This document shows, one piece after another, positions 1-10,508 of a stretch of DNA of 64,000 bases (its first letter is position 1; each line of letters opens with the position of its first letter). The stretch spans positions 1-64,000 of the IMG/VR virus record IMGVR_UViG_3300048625_000299. One strand, given 5' to 3'. The notes under the pieces were generated by a model. That model made no database searches and had not been told where the DNA came from. It worked only from the letters and a program-made list of their open reading frames with translations. The translations under genes were made by a program, and so were the position numbers.

Positions 1-2
1 AC

Positions 3-1520
3 GACGATGGCGCAGTTGTAGTAGCTGCGGGTGGCTCCTATGGGACAGTTGTTGATCTAGAGGGTGCAGCGAAAAACGAAGGCGAGCTTGTTACCAAGTA
101 TCGTGAGATGGTTTTGCACCCGGAAGTCGACTCAGCAGTCGATGATATTGTCAATGAAACAATCGTAGTTGATGATAAAGACGAAACTATTGCAATTACG
201 TTAGAAGGCCTCCGCGACCTTCCAGATAACGTCAAAAAGGCGATAGACACAGAATTTGAAAATATACTAACCCTACTAGACTTTGAACACCAAGGATATG
301 ATGTGTTCAAGCGTTGGTATGTTGATGGTCGTTTGTATTACCACGCGATCATCGATAAGAAGAATCCCAAGGACGGGATTCAAGAATTGCGTTATATCGA
401 TCCACGCAAGATCAAAAAGATCAGAGAAAATAAGCGCAAGAAGATCACAAATACTCCGGTAGGCGGAGATGCTACAGTTCCAGTTGCAGGACAAGAATAC
501 TTCCTCTACAACGATAAGGGATTTGGCGGCAAGCCGGCTGTTGGTGGAATGTCGACGCCTGTTACGACAGGGATGAAGATTGCTAAGGATAGCATCATTC
601 ATTGTACGTCCGGTCTGCTCGACAAAACAAACTCGCTGATCATTTCTCACCTACACAAAGCAATCAAGCCACTCAATCAGCTGAGAGCGCTCGAAGATGC
701 TACTGTCATCTACCGTATTTCGCGCGCGCCAGAACGTAAGATTTTTTATATCGACGTTGGTAACCTTCCAAAGATGAAGGCTGAGCAGTATTTGCGTGAC
801 ATGATGACTCGCTATAAGAACAAAGTTGTCTACGATGCATCAAGTGGCGAAATCCGCGACGATCGCAAGTTCATGACGATGTTGGAGGATTACTGGTTAC
901 CACGTCGCGAAGGTAACAGAGGAACTCAAATCGAGACGTTGCCAGGAGGACAAAACCTCGGCGAAATGACTGATGTCGAATACTTCCAAAAAGGATTGTA
1001 TCGTTCTCTCAACGTTCCTGTTGGACGTATGCAGAGCGATCAGACATTCGGTATTGGTCGTGCGACAGAGATCTCTAGAGATGAGGTTAAGTTTTCTAAG
1101 TTCATTAGTCGCCTCCGCAACCGATTCAATCACCTATTCATCAAGACGCTCGAAAAGCAATTGGTGTTGAAGCAGATCATCACACAAGATGACTGGAAAG
1201 AGATTGCTCCAAAAATTAAGTTCAAGTATGCAAAGGACAACTTCTTTGCAGAGCTTAAAGACAATGAAATATTGAATGATAAGCTAACAACTTATCAGAA
1301 CCTATTGAACACGAATGTGATTGGCAGATACTATTCACACAAATGGGCACGTTCATACATCTTCGGACAAGACGAAGAGATGATGGAGCGTATGGATAAA
1401 GAGATCAGAGAAGAGTCTAATGATCCTATCCTCAATCCACCAGTGATGCCAGATGGCACACCAGTTCCACATGGCGGTGTAGTTCCACCACCAGTGCCTG
1501 ATGTTCCACAACAAAATTGA
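3..1520 (+). CDS. gp20: portal vertex protein (5' truncated by window edge)
   Basis: Open frame from nt 3; T4 gp20 motifs WYVDGR, YRISRAPERKIFYIDVGNLP, EDYWLPRREG. Confidence 0.97.
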   Translation, partial: DDGAVVVAAGGSYGTVVDLEGAAKNEGELVTKYREMVLHPEVDSAVDDIVNETIVVDDKDETIAITLEGLRDLPDNVKKAIDTEFENILTLLDFEHQGYDVFKRWYVDGRLYYHAIIDKKNPKDGIQELRYIDPRKIKKIRENKRKKITNTPVGGDATVPVAGQEYFLYNDKGFGGKPAVGGMSTPVTTGMKIAKDSIIHCTSGLLDKTNSLIISHLHKAIKPLNQLRALEDATVIYRISRAPERKIFYIDVGNLPKMKAEQYLRDMMTRYKNKVVYDASSGEIRDDRKFMTMLEDYWLPRREGNRGTQIETLPGGQNLGEMTDVEYFQKGLYRSLNVPVGRMQSDQTFGIGRATEISRDEVKFSKFISRLRNRFNHLFIKTLEKQLVLKQIITQDDWKEIAPKIKFKYAKDNFFAELKDNEILNDKLTTYQNLLNTNVIGRYYSHKWARSYIFGQDEEMMERMDKEIREESNDPILNPPVMPDGTPVPHGGVVPPPVPDVPQQN

Positions 1521-1524
1521 AATG

Positions 1525-1532
1525 TATAAATA
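1525..1532 (+). promoter_or_regulatory. T4-type late promoter TATAAATA
   Basis: Exact gp55 consensus upstream of head genes. Confidence 0.8.
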
Positions 1533-1544
1533 ATGGAGAGAAAT

Positions 1545-1838
1545 ATGACAACACCAACTTTTACCCCTGCAGACATCGTCCAATTTGCTATCAATAAGGA
1601 CGCAGTCAACACAACAGCAGCATTCGATCAGTTGTTAGGCCAACGCGTTGCAGATGCAATTCAAAACCGCAAGGTCGAGATTGCACAGACGATGTTCAAT
1701 GAACCTGAAGAACAACTCGAAGTCGAAGATCCATCAAGCGACGAAGTCGAAGCTGGATCAGCTGAGGAAGTATCTGCTGAGGAAGAGGATAACAAAGAGT
1801 CCGAGGAATCACATGAAAACGCTGAACAATCTGCTTGA
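1545..1838 (+). CDS. acidic prohead core protein (gp67-like)
   Basis: Position after portal, acidic tail, GGAG RBS. Confidence 0.6.
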   Translation: MTTPTFTPADIVQFAINKDAVNTTAAFDQLLGQRVADAIQNRKVEIAQTMFNEPEEQLEVEDPSSDEVEAGSAEEVSAEEEDNKESEESHENAEQSA

Positions 1839-2463
1839 AGGATTAAAAGGCTTCCAGGGTCCGAAGCACGATCAAGGCTCACGTAAGCCTGGCGAGATCG
1901 GCCCTAAGAAAGTATACAAAGACAATACAGTCACGTCCGAAAAGGGTGGCCCATCTGCAGCTACGCTAGGCTCGCAAGAATTTATCGATGACCATGAGGT
2001 CGAGAAAACGACAGATGCTAATGGCAATGATGATAAATTGTTCAAGGCTTCTAATATCAAGACAGTGGAACGTAAGAATACTCGCCACGGATATGATGCA
2101 AAGCAAAGCGAAGATGTGAACGAAAAGCATCTCTCGAATGCTGAATTGCTCAAGCGCAAAGAAATTGCAGATGCAATCAAGCGCGACCATCCAGAATACA
2201 GTGACGCTAAAAAAATGGCAATTGCTACAGCAAAAGCTAAACAAGTCGCAGAAGAAGAACAATTTGATAACATCCTCGATGCTATGCTAGCTGAACAAGC
2301 CGAGCAAGAAGTCGAAGCAATTACGACAATGCTCGAAGCAGTTTATGAAAGTTTAGAGGACGACGAGTCTCGCGAACAGTTTGTAGAGATGCTCGAGTCA
2401 GATGAACAATTTGAGCAGTTGCTTCAGATGGTTCAAAACGTACTGAATGAGAGCGAGGAGTAA
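1813..2463 (+). CDS. putative prohead core/internal head protein
   Basis: GAGGA RBS, N-terminus MKTLNNLLE resembles capsid-targeting sequence; lies between gp20 and gp21. Confidence 0.55.
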   Translation: MKTLNNLLEGLKGFQGPKHDQGSRKPGEIGPKKVYKDNTVTSEKGGPSAATLGSQEFIDDHEVEKTTDANGNDDKLFKASNIKTVERKNTRHGYDAKQSEDVNEKHLSNAELLKRKEIADAIKRDHPEYSDAKKMAIATAKAKQVAEEEQFDNILDAMLAEQAEQEVEAITTMLEAVYESLEDDESREQFVEMLESDEQFEQLLQMVQNVLNESEE

Positions 2464-2465
2464 TC

Positions 2466-2735
2466 ATGTCGGATAATATTAAACTTCTAGCTAATACAAT
2501 CACACTAACAACAGCCAACGCTGTGAGTAATGCAAAGGTTGTTCGCGTAGTTAATACTGGCGCAACACCGGCACTGGTTACACAGAAGTATGCTAACGGC
2601 ACAACTGTAGGTACGCTAGTTCTAGGTGCTACTGGGTGCAACTTCGATAGCGAGTCGGTTCTTAAGCAACCAACAGATACGCTCGAAAGTAATTCAGCTT
2701 CAGCAGTATTCGCTGTATCGATCGGATACTTTTAA
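2466..2735 (+). CDS. hypothetical (virion-associated?) protein
   Basis: ORF with GAGGAG RBS in head module. Confidence 0.6.
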   Translation: MSDNIKLLANTITLTTANAVSNAKVVRVVNTGATPALVTQKYANGTTVGTLVLGATGCNFDSESVLKQPTDTLESNSASAVFAVSIGYF

Positions 2736-2746
2736 AAGAGACTAAC

Positions 2747-3400
2747 ATGAAACTATTCACAGAATTAGTAGAAGATGTTCAATACGTAGTAGAGGAACGC
2801 GGCGGCAAGAAGGACTTGTTTATTGTCGGTCCTTTCATGCAAGCAGAACAACAAAACCGCAATGGCCGTATCTACCGCAAAAGCATCCTTGAGCGCGAAG
2901 TAGAGCGTTACTCAAACGACTACATCAAGACAAACCGTGCGCTAGGCGAACTAGGCCACCCAAACGGCCCAGCAATTAACCTTGACCGTGTGTGTATCAA
3001 GATTGTTGAGTTAAAACAAAATGGCAATGATTTCATGGGCAAGGCTAAGATCCTTGGCACACCGATGGGAGACATTGCAAGAAATCTATTAGAGAGTGGC
3101 GTTCAGTTGGGCGTTTCTACACGCGGCATGGGCTCTTTAAAAGAAGTTAATGGCATCATGGAAGTCCAGGACGACTTCTTCTTGGCTACTGCAGCTGACG
3201 TTGTGGCTGATCCATCAGCTCCGGATGCATTCGTTCAAGGGATTATGGAAGGCGTTGATTGGGTGTGGGATAACGGCGTTATCAAAGCCCGACAAGTTGA
3301 GCAAATCAAAGAGTCTATCGTAAAAGCAAGCGCAAAAGACTTGCAAGAAGCTAAGATTGCTGCGTTCCAACAATACTTAAAATTCCTTACTACTAAATAG
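2747..3400 (+). CDS. gp21: prohead protease
   Basis: NRNGRIY, ALGELGHP, GVSTRGMGS, DVVADPSAPDAFV motifs. Confidence 0.96.
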   Translation: MKLFTELVEDVQYVVEERGGKKDLFIVGPFMQAEQQNRNGRIYRKSILEREVERYSNDYIKTNRALGELGHPNGPAINLDRVCIKIVELKQNGNDFMGKAKILGTPMGDIARNLLESGVQLGVSTRGMGSLKEVNGIMEVQDDFFLATAADVVADPSAPDAFVQGIMEGVDWVWDNGVIKARQVEQIKESIVKASAKDLQEAKIAAFQQYLKFLTTK

Positions 3401-3403
3401 TTT

Positions 3404-3411
3404 TATAAATA
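3404..3411 (+). promoter_or_regulatory. late promoter TATAAATA
   Basis: Consensus upstream of gp22. Confidence 0.8.
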
Positions 3412-3433
3412 ATTACCATAACAGGAGAATTAC

Positions 3434-4447
3434 ATGTCCAAAAAAGAATTGTTAGAGAAGGCATCTGACCAAGTGGGCGGTGGTGTAACAGGCGGCTCTA
3501 AGTCGGCTGACCCAGTCGCTACTGGCAATGCTCATGCTAACCGTGGTGCTGATAAGAGTCAAGGCGAAACAGCTTCGAAGAAACTCGAAGGCGAAGTTCA
3601 GACTACAGACAGCGATAACAACACCGCTCCAACAGGCGACACAGCTGCTAAAAATAAGGCATCTGTTGCTGCTAAGCCATCCGCAGCTTCTTCTACAATG
3701 AAAGAAGAAATCGACGGATTGTTTGGAGATGATCTATCCGAAGAATTCAAAGACAAAGCATCGATCATTTTCGAAGCAGCTGTTGCAAGCCGTATCGCTG
3801 AAGAGCGTACAGCATTGGAAGAAGAATTTGCTGCTAAGCAAACTGAACTCGAAGAATCTTTCGAAGCAGCTAAGGCTGAGTTGACAGAAGAATTGTCAGA
3901 GCAAGTTTCCGACTATCTCGACTATGTCGTTGAACAATGGATGGAAACAAACGAAGTCGCTATCGAATCTTCATTGAATGCAATGATCGCAGAAGAATTC
4001 ATCGAGAAGCTAAAAGGCTTGTTCGAAGAATCTTACATTACAGTTCCAGCTGAAAAGATGGACCTAGTTGCTGAAATGGCAGAACGCGTTCAAGAACTCG
4101 AAGAAGCACTGAATACATCTATCGATGAGAATATCGAATTGAGCAAAATCGTTGAAGCAGCTTCACAAAAAGAAGTGTTCGACGAAGTCTCCGAAGGCCT
4201 TGCAATGACGCAAGTTGAAAAGCTCCGCACTCTTGCTGAAGGCGTTGAGTTTGATTCTGCTGATACATACCGTGCAAAGCTCGAAATCGTTAAAGAACAA
4301 TACTTTGGTGAAAAGAAAACAGTTGCAGCCAAGCTGATCGAAGAAAACGAAATCGTTGAACTCGATGAATCTGTTGTTACGCCAACTAAAGCAGCTGGAC
4401 AAGTTGCTGGATATGTTTCTGCTATCGCAAGAACAGTCAAAAAGTAA
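3434..4447 (+). CDS. gp22: prohead core scaffold protein
   Basis: LSEEFKDKASIIFEAAV, YLDYVVEQWM; synteny. Confidence 0.93.
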   Translation: MSKKELLEKASDQVGGGVTGGSKSADPVATGNAHANRGADKSQGETASKKLEGEVQTTDSDNNTAPTGDTAAKNKASVAAKPSAASSTMKEEIDGLFGDDLSEEFKDKASIIFEAAVASRIAEERTALEEEFAAKQTELEESFEAAKAELTEELSEQVSDYLDYVVEQWMETNEVAIESSLNAMIAEEFIEKLKGLFEESYITVPAEKMDLVAEMAERVQELEEALNTSIDENIELSKIVEAASQKEVFDEVSEGLAMTQVEKLRTLAEGVEFDSADTYRAKLEIVKEQYFGEKKTVAAKLIEENEIVELDESVVTPTKAAGQVAGYVSAIARTVKK

Positions 4448-4453
4448 AAGTTT

Positions 4454-4461
4454 TATAAATA
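4454..4461 (+). promoter_or_regulatory. late promoter TATAAATA
   Basis: Consensus upstream of gp23. Confidence 0.85.
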
Positions 4462-4499
4462 AGTTTAGTCAATAATTTTTTTTAAAAAAAGGGGAAAAA

Positions 4500-5813
4500 A
4501 TGTACTTAACCGAAGACATCCAAAACAAGTGGGCTCCAGTCATTGAGCATACTGATCTTCCAAAGATCGAAAATGCTCATAAGCGTGGCGTTACAGCTGT
4601 GCTTTTGGAAAACACAGAACGTGCTTTGCGCGAGTCTGGTTCACGTGGCTCACAAAGCCTGTTGAGCGAGGCTACACACGTTAACCAAACTGGCAGCGAG
4701 ATCGACAACTTCGATCCAGTGTTGATCAGCTTGGTCCGTCGTGCAATGCCAAACCTGATTGCTTACGACATTTGCGGTGTGCAACCGATGACTGGCCCAA
4801 CTGGCTTGATCTTCGCAATGCGTGCTCGCTATGCTAACCAAACTGGTACAGAAGCATTCTACAACGAAGTCGACACATCGTTCTCTTCAATCACATCTGG
4901 TGCTAACACATTGGGTCAAAAGCACGTTGGTGGCGTTCCTGGCGTCGCAAACAACGCTGAAGCAGGCGCATACAACTTTGGTTCTGGCATGGGTACAGCT
5001 AACGCTGAAGCCATCGGTATCACTGGTGGTACTGCTATTCCAGAAATGGCTTTCTCTATCGAGAAGGTTTCTGTTACTGCAAAGTCACGCGCTTTGAAGG
5101 CAGAATACACAATGGAACTTGCACAAGACTTGAAGGCTATCCACGGTCTTGACGCTGAAACAGAGTTGTCAAACATCTTGACAACTGAAATCTTGGCTGA
5201 AATCAACCGCGAAGTCGTTCGTACGATCGCTGTTACAGCTACTCAAGGCGCTTCTGCTGGTACAACAACTGCAGGTCGTTTCGACTTGGACGTTGATGCT
5301 AACGGTCGTTGGTCTGTTGAAAAGTTCAAGGGCTTGATGTTCCAAGTTGAACGCGAAGCTAACGCTATTGCCAAGGCTACACGTCGTGGTAAGGGTAACA
5401 TCATCATCTGTTCTTCGGACGTCGCTTCCGCATTGCAGATGGCTGGTGTTTTGGACTACGCTCCAGCATTGAACAGCAACAACTTGCAAGTTGATGACAC
5501 TGGCAACACATTTGCTGGTGTATTGAACGGTCGCATCAAGGTCTATATCGACCCATATGCAACTGGCAACTACATGGTTGTTGGCTACAAGGGTGCTTCT
5601 GCATTCGACGCTGGTCTGTTCTACTGCCCATACGTTCCATTGCAAATGGTCCGCGCTGTCGATCAAGGTTCTTTCCAACCTAAGATCGGCTTCAAGACTC
5701 GTTACGGCATGGTTGCAAACCCATTCGCTGGTGGCGAAACAGCAGGTCTTGGTGCTCTCACTAAAGACAGCAACGTGTACTACCGTCGCGTGTTGGTTGA
5801 CAACATCCTCTAA
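4500..5813 (+). CDS. gp23: major capsid protein
   Basis: GVQPMTGPTGLIFAMR, ELAQDLKAIHGLDAE, FQPKIGFKTRYG. Confidence 0.98.
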   Translation: MYLTEDIQNKWAPVIEHTDLPKIENAHKRGVTAVLLENTERALRESGSRGSQSLLSEATHVNQTGSEIDNFDPVLISLVRRAMPNLIAYDICGVQPMTGPTGLIFAMRARYANQTGTEAFYNEVDTSFSSITSGANTLGQKHVGGVPGVANNAEAGAYNFGSGMGTANAEAIGITGGTAIPEMAFSIEKVSVTAKSRALKAEYTMELAQDLKAIHGLDAETELSNILTTEILAEINREVVRTIAVTATQGASAGTTTAGRFDLDVDANGRWSVEKFKGLMFQVEREANAIAKATRRGKGNIIICSSDVASALQMAGVLDYAPALNSNNLQVDDTGNTFAGVLNGRIKVYIDPYATGNYMVVGYKGASAFDAGLFYCPYVPLQMVRAVDQGSFQPKIGFKTRYGMVANPFAGGETAGLGALTKDSNVYYRRVLVDNIL

Positions 5814-5853
5814 TAAGAGAGTTGACCAAGTCCACGAAGATGGACATTTTACA

Positions 5854-5884
5854 GGAGGCCTCGAAAGAGGCCTTCTTTTTTTTA
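5854..5884 (+). terminator. intrinsic terminator after gp23
   Basis: GGAGGCCTC-GAAA-GAGGCCTTC followed by T9. Confidence 0.9.
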
Positions 5885-5909
5885 TGCCTAAATAGTTCAG
5901 GAGGCACTA

Positions 5910-6407
5910 ATGTCATACATAACAGACGAACCATCTAATAAGAACTTCCTCTCACCATTAGGGTTCAAGTTTTCAATCAAGAAGACCCCACACGTCAATT
6001 ACTTCGTACAGAACGTCAATCTTCCTGGCGTGTCTCTAGGGTCTGCTAGTATACCTACGCCCTTCGTAAAGGTGCCTTTAGCCGGTGATCATATTGGATA
6101 TGGGGATCTGCAGATTACGTTCAAGGTCGATGAGGATATGGCGAACTACCTTGAAATCTTCAACTGGATTAAAACAATCGGTTTCCCTGATTCATACTCC
6201 CAATACAATCCCGCAGAAGTATACTCGGATGCCACACTTACAGTATTGTCTAGTGCTATGAACCCAAAGTTTGATATCACGTTCGTTGACCTGTATCCTA
6301 TGGACTTGGGCGGGTTCATGTTCAACTCTACTGCAGCCGATGTCGACTACATCGAGACTGTCGCTACATTCAGATTCCGTACCTTCAACATCACTCCGTT
6401 GACCTGA
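5910..6407 (+). CDS. gp3: tail completion/sheath stabilizer
   Basis: NFLSPLGFKF, VDEDMANYLEIFNW; synteny after gp23. Confidence 0.85.
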   Translation: MSYITDEPSNKNFLSPLGFKFSIKKTPHVNYFVQNVNLPGVSLGSASIPTPFVKVPLAGDHIGYGDLQITFKVDEDMANYLEIFNWIKTIGFPDSYSQYNPAEVYSDATLTVLSSAMNPKFDITFVDLYPMDLGGFMFNSTAADVDYIETVATFRFRTFNITPLT

Positions 6408-6469
6408 CATGCTGAACACATTATAGTCAGCCTTGTTGCTGTGAATATATTATTAGCTATTACTTTATT

Positions 6470-6904
6470 ATGAAATTAGAAGAAATCCAAAACCTATGGG
6501 ATGTAGATTCCCAAATTGATCGTTCTGAGTTGGGAGATGAATCATTGCGCATTGCTAGGATGCACGCAAAGTACTTCAAAATCTTTTCACAAGAGCGGTT
6601 AATGCTGCGCAAGATGGAAGCAAACTTTAAGGAATTATACCGGGATAAATATGAGTGGTACAACGGTACTCTTGCAAAGGAAGTAATGGATCGCTATGGC
6701 TGGCAGCCAAACCCGCTAAAGATCCTAAGAACAGATATTGCGATGTACCTTGAATCGGATGCTTCTATGAGGGAAGCACAACTGAAAGTGGACCTGCAAC
6801 AAGAAAAGGTAAACTTCCTCGAATCGATTATCAAGACACTCGGCACCCTAGGGTTCAATATAAAGAATGCCATCGAATGGAGTAAGTTTCAAAATGGAAT
6901 ATGA
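6470..6904 (+). CDS. uvsY: recombination mediator
   Basis: C-terminal FNIKNAIEW motif; synteny. Confidence 0.9.
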   Translation: MKLEEIQNLWDVDSQIDRSELGDESLRIARMHAKYFKIFSQERLMLRKMEANFKELYRDKYEWYNGTLAKEVMDRYGWQPNPLKILRTDIAMYLESDASMREAQLKVDLQQEKVNFLESIIKTLGTLGFNIKNAIEWSKFQNGI

Positions 6905-8355
6905 CCGACATTATTATAGAGAAATTCAATTCGATATCAAACAAGATACATTGTGAGCCAGCAATTGGCCAAGAATTGAATGACTACTTTACGTTCCAAT
7001 CTCCAGGAGCAAAGTACCATCCCCTAGTGAAAGCAAGAAAGTGGGATGGCAAGATACGGTTATATCATGCAGCCACGCAGCTAATATATGGTGGCCTCAA
7101 TCACTACATTGAGACGTTCGCAGAGGAACGCAATTACACAGTAGGACACCTTTCAGATTTTGAAGATGATGAGTTCTCATTCGAAGATGCTAAAGCATTC
7201 TGCGGTAAGCTAGAACTGACAATGGAGATACGTGACTATCAGCTAAAGACATTTGTCCATGCTGTTAGGAAGAAGAGAGTGTTGTTTTTGTCGCCGACAT
7301 CTTCTGGTAAGTCGTTTATGATTTTCCTGACACTGATGTATACGTTGATGAAGACGAGTAGTAGAGCACTTGTTGTTGTTCCTACCACGTCTCTCGTCCA
7401 CCAAATGGTATCGGACTTCCAGTCATACACTAGGATCGATCTTAGCAGTATGTGTCAGAAGATCATGGAAGGGTATTCTACCGACGTCAAAGCACGAATT
7501 GTTGTATCGACCTGGCAATCAATATATAAGATGCCACGCAAATGGTATGAACCATTCAAAGTCGTAGTAGGAGACGAGGCACACAACTTCAAAGCAAAGA
7601 GCCTAACAACTATCCTTAGTAAGATGACAGAATGCGACTATCGATATGGTTATACAGGTACGCTTGATGGTACACACACGCATAGACTTGTATTAGAGGG
7701 TGTATTCGGCCCTGTAGTTAAGTTTATCACTACTGCTGAACTGATAGAGCAGGGGTATGCTTCTAAGTTGAACATCAACTGTATTGTGTTGAAGCATACA
7801 GATGAGCATCGTCAGCTAATGAAGAAAGCTCAATATAGAGACGAGATTGCATGGATTGTTCAAAACAATGCAAGAAATATATTCATCCGCAATCTCGCAT
7901 TGAACCTCAAGGGCAATACATTAATATTATTTCAATTCGTTGAAAAGCACGGCAATGTCCTGTATGATTTGCTTAAAGATCAACCGAATGTGTACTATGT
8001 TCATGGTAAGGTCGATGTTGAAATACGCGAAGAGGTGAGAGCGATTGTTGAAAAGCAATCCGACGCGATCATCATTGCATCGTATGGAACATTCTCTACT
8101 GGTATCAACATTAAGAACCTACATAACATAGTATTTGCAAGTCCTTCTAAATCACGCGTACGTACGCTACAGTCCATTGGACGGAGCTTGCGTAAGAGTG
8201 ATACAAAGTCTGAAGCAACACTATATGACATTGCTGATGACTTGACATGGAAGGCTTGGAAGAACCATACAATTAAACACTTCGCTGAACGTGTGAAGAT
8301 CTATGGTGAAGAGAAGTTTGATTATAAGATACACATGATTCCGCTGAAAGGGTAA
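6901..8355 (+). CDS. uvsW: SF2 DNA helicase
   Basis: SPTSSGKS, DEAH, QSIGRSLR. Confidence 0.95.
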   Translation: MTDIIIEKFNSISNKIHCEPAIGQELNDYFTFQSPGAKYHPLVKARKWDGKIRLYHAATQLIYGGLNHYIETFAEERNYTVGHLSDFEDDEFSFEDAKAFCGKLELTMEIRDYQLKTFVHAVRKKRVLFLSPTSSGKSFMIFLTLMYTLMKTSSRALVVVPTTSLVHQMVSDFQSYTRIDLSSMCQKIMEGYSTDVKARIVVSTWQSIYKMPRKWYEPFKVVVGDEAHNFKAKSLTTILSKMTECDYRYGYTGTLDGTHTHRLVLEGVFGPVVKFITTAELIEQGYASKLNINCIVLKHTDEHRQLMKKAQYRDEIAWIVQNNARNIFIRNLALNLKGNTLILFQFVEKHGNVLYDLLKDQPNVYYVHGKVDVEIREEVRAIVEKQSDAIIIASYGTFSTGINIKNLHNIVFASPSKSRVRTLQSIGRSLRKSDTKSEATLYDIADDLTWKAWKNHTIKHFAERVKIYGEEKFDYKIHMIPLKG

Positions 8356-8356
8356 G

Positions 8357-8758
8357 ATGGCAATATCACTTGTTAAACTCAACAATGGCACAGAGCTGCT
8401 AGGGGACGTAAAGAAAACTACGTCCGGTCTTAGTATCACTGACCCATTGCAGATAAACTACAAGTTCGTATCATTCCAGCCGATGCCTACAGTTAGCGTT
8501 AGCCGGTACATGCCATTTGCAGCCGATCCGACGTTCATGTTCTTCCTAGATCAGGTAGTGCATGTTGTCGAGCCGAAACAAACGATGATCGAATACTACA
8601 CTCACGCATTGTCGAACTACCAAGATGAAATAGATGCACACATTGACAGTGAGTTGATGGGTGTAGTAGGTAGATCGTCGATCAAAAGCTCCGCCAATAA
8701 AGAAGAGCTCTATACTGCATTATTGGAGCGGTTGGAAGTAGAAGGCCCAGCAAACTAA
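8357..8758 (+). CDS. conserved T4-like hypothetical protein
   Basis: ORF between uvsW and gp55, VKLxNGxE start. Confidence 0.7.
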   Translation: MAISLVKLNNGTELLGDVKKTTSGLSITDPLQINYKFVSFQPMPTVSVSRYMPFAADPTFMFFLDQVVHVVEPKQTMIEYYTHALSNYQDEIDAHIDSELMGVVGRSSIKSSANKEELYTALLERLEVEGPAN

Positions 8759-8827
8759 CACTTTTTTGTTGACCCTATCCTTATAGGTCCGTATACTGGT
8801 ACTCTGGTATGGAACATAGGAGAAATA

Positions 8828-9451
8828 ATGGCTACCCATTATGTTGACAATAAAGAATTATATCGAGTGATGGTCGAATTTAGACAGGGATCACTCGATG
8901 CAAAAGCAAATGGAACGGAACGTCCGCGTATTCCGAACTATGTCGGTGAGTGTATTCTAATGATTGCGAAGCGGCTATCGACGAAGCCGAACTTTGTTAA
9001 TTATTCGTATAGAGAAGAGATGATATCGGATGGCATAGAAAACTGTATATGCTACATCGACAACTTTGACCCATTAAAATCGACCAACCCATTTGCATAT
9101 TTTACGCAAATCATTTATTATGCTTTCCTTCGCAGGATCCTGAAGGAAAAGAAACAGACATACATCAAGCATAAGACGCTTGAGAATTCTATGCTGTTAA
9201 ACGAATTGTTCGAGCAAGGTGAATTTAGTGAGCAAGAATTCACACCAACTCATATAGACCTCGACAATGACAATATGTTCGACTTCATTAAGTCGTTCGA
9301 AGACAACCTCATTTCAAAGAAAAAGAAGCGTGCTAAGAAGGGTGTGGAGAAATTCATTGAAGAAGATGTTATGTCGGAGGATGAGGTCGGACGTGAAGTG
9401 GATGACATGACTCCAGATGTTGATAATGATATTGATAAACTAGACGAATAA
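8828..9451 (+). CDS. gp55: late transcription sigma factor
   Basis: HYVDNK, NYSYREEMISDGIENC, NPFAYFTQI. Confidence 0.96.
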   Translation: MATHYVDNKELYRVMVEFRQGSLDAKANGTERPRIPNYVGECILMIAKRLSTKPNFVNYSYREEMISDGIENCICYIDNFDPLKSTNPFAYFTQIIYYAFLRRILKEKKQTYIKHKTLENSMLLNELFEQGEFSEQEFTPTHIDLDNDNMFDFIKSFEDNLISKKKKRAKKGVEKFIEEDVMSEDEVGREVDDMTPDVDNDIDKLDE

Positions 9452-9452
9452 T

Positions 9453-10508
9453 ATGAAGATAGCCCTGCTAGGTGACACGCATATTGGTGCGCGTAACGAC
9501 AACCTGAATTTCCATGAGTTCTTCAAGAAGTTTTACGACGAAGTATTCTTTCCATACCTCCATGAACATAAGATCGACCATGTGATTCAGCTTGGCGATA
9601 TGTTCGATCGTCGAAAATATATCAACTTTCAATCGTTGAAACATGGTCGTGAGTATTTGTTGAATCCGTTAAATGATCTCAACGCTTGGGCCTTGGTCGG
9701 CAATCACGACACCTACTACAAGAATACGAACGACGTCAATTCGTTGGAGCTGTTGCTTGATGGGTACAAAAACATCAACGTAATCAACACACCTACAGAG
9801 ATCCACTTCGAAGACAAGTTGTTCCTGCTGATGCCATGGATATGTCCAGAGAATGAGCGAGAGTGTATCGACGCAATAACAAACACCAAAGCAGATGTTG
9901 TTATCGGACATTTTGAAATCACCGGATTTGAAATGTATAGAGGAACTGTGTGTGATGAGGGATTGGATGTTAGCATCTTCCGTCGACCACCAATGGTGTT
10001 GTCTGGACACTTTCACCACAGATCGCAGAATGGAAATATCCACTATCTCGGAACACCATATGAAATGACATGGTCCGATCATGGAGACATCAAGGGATTC
10101 CACATCTACGACACTGACACTGGCGAGCTCGAATTCATCCCCAACCCTCATGTCATGTTCCATAAGATCCTGTATGATGATCAGGAGAAGACGATGGAAG
10201 AAGTCACAAGCATCGATTATGAGAAGTATAGTGGAACCATTGTCAAGCTGATTGTCAGGACCAAGAATAACCCAGCATGGTTCGATCTTATGATCGATAA
10301 GCTAGAGAAGGCTGGTGTTAGTGATATCCAAGTCGTTGAGGATCATTTCCACCTAGATGTGGAAACGGATGATGAAATCATTAACGAAGCTGAAGATACG
10401 CTAACCATCTTGACGAAGTACATCGACGGGCTGCAGATACAAGGTGACAGACAACGTCTTGATTCGCTAATGCAGAACTTATATCACGAAGCATTGAGTA
10501 CAGAATAA
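9453..10508 (+). CDS. gp47: recombination endonuclease subunit (Mre11-like)
   Basis: GDTHIG, LGDMFD, GNHD, SGHFH. Confidence 0.95.
   Translation: MKIALLGDTHIGARNDNLNFHEFFKKFYDEVFFPYLHEHKIDHVIQLGDMFDRRKYINFQSLKHGREYLLNPLNDLNAWALVGNHDTYYKNTNDVNSLELLLDGYKNINVINTPTEIHFEDKLFLLMPWICPENERECIDAITNTKADVVIGHFEITGFEMYRGTVCDEGLDVSIFRRPPMVLSGHFHHRSQNGNIHYLGTPYEMTWSDHGDIKGFHIYDTDTGELEFIPNPHVMFHKILYDDQEKTMEEVTSIDYEKYSGTIVKLIVRTKNNPAWFDLMIDKLEKAGVSDIQVVEDHFHLDVETDDEIINEAEDTLTILTKYIDGLQIQGDRQRLDSLMQNLYHEALSTE

Noticed and set aside
108-110. ATG 108 as the start of the portal gene
   Set aside because: The frame is open back to the window edge with gp20-like sequence, so the true start lies upstream.
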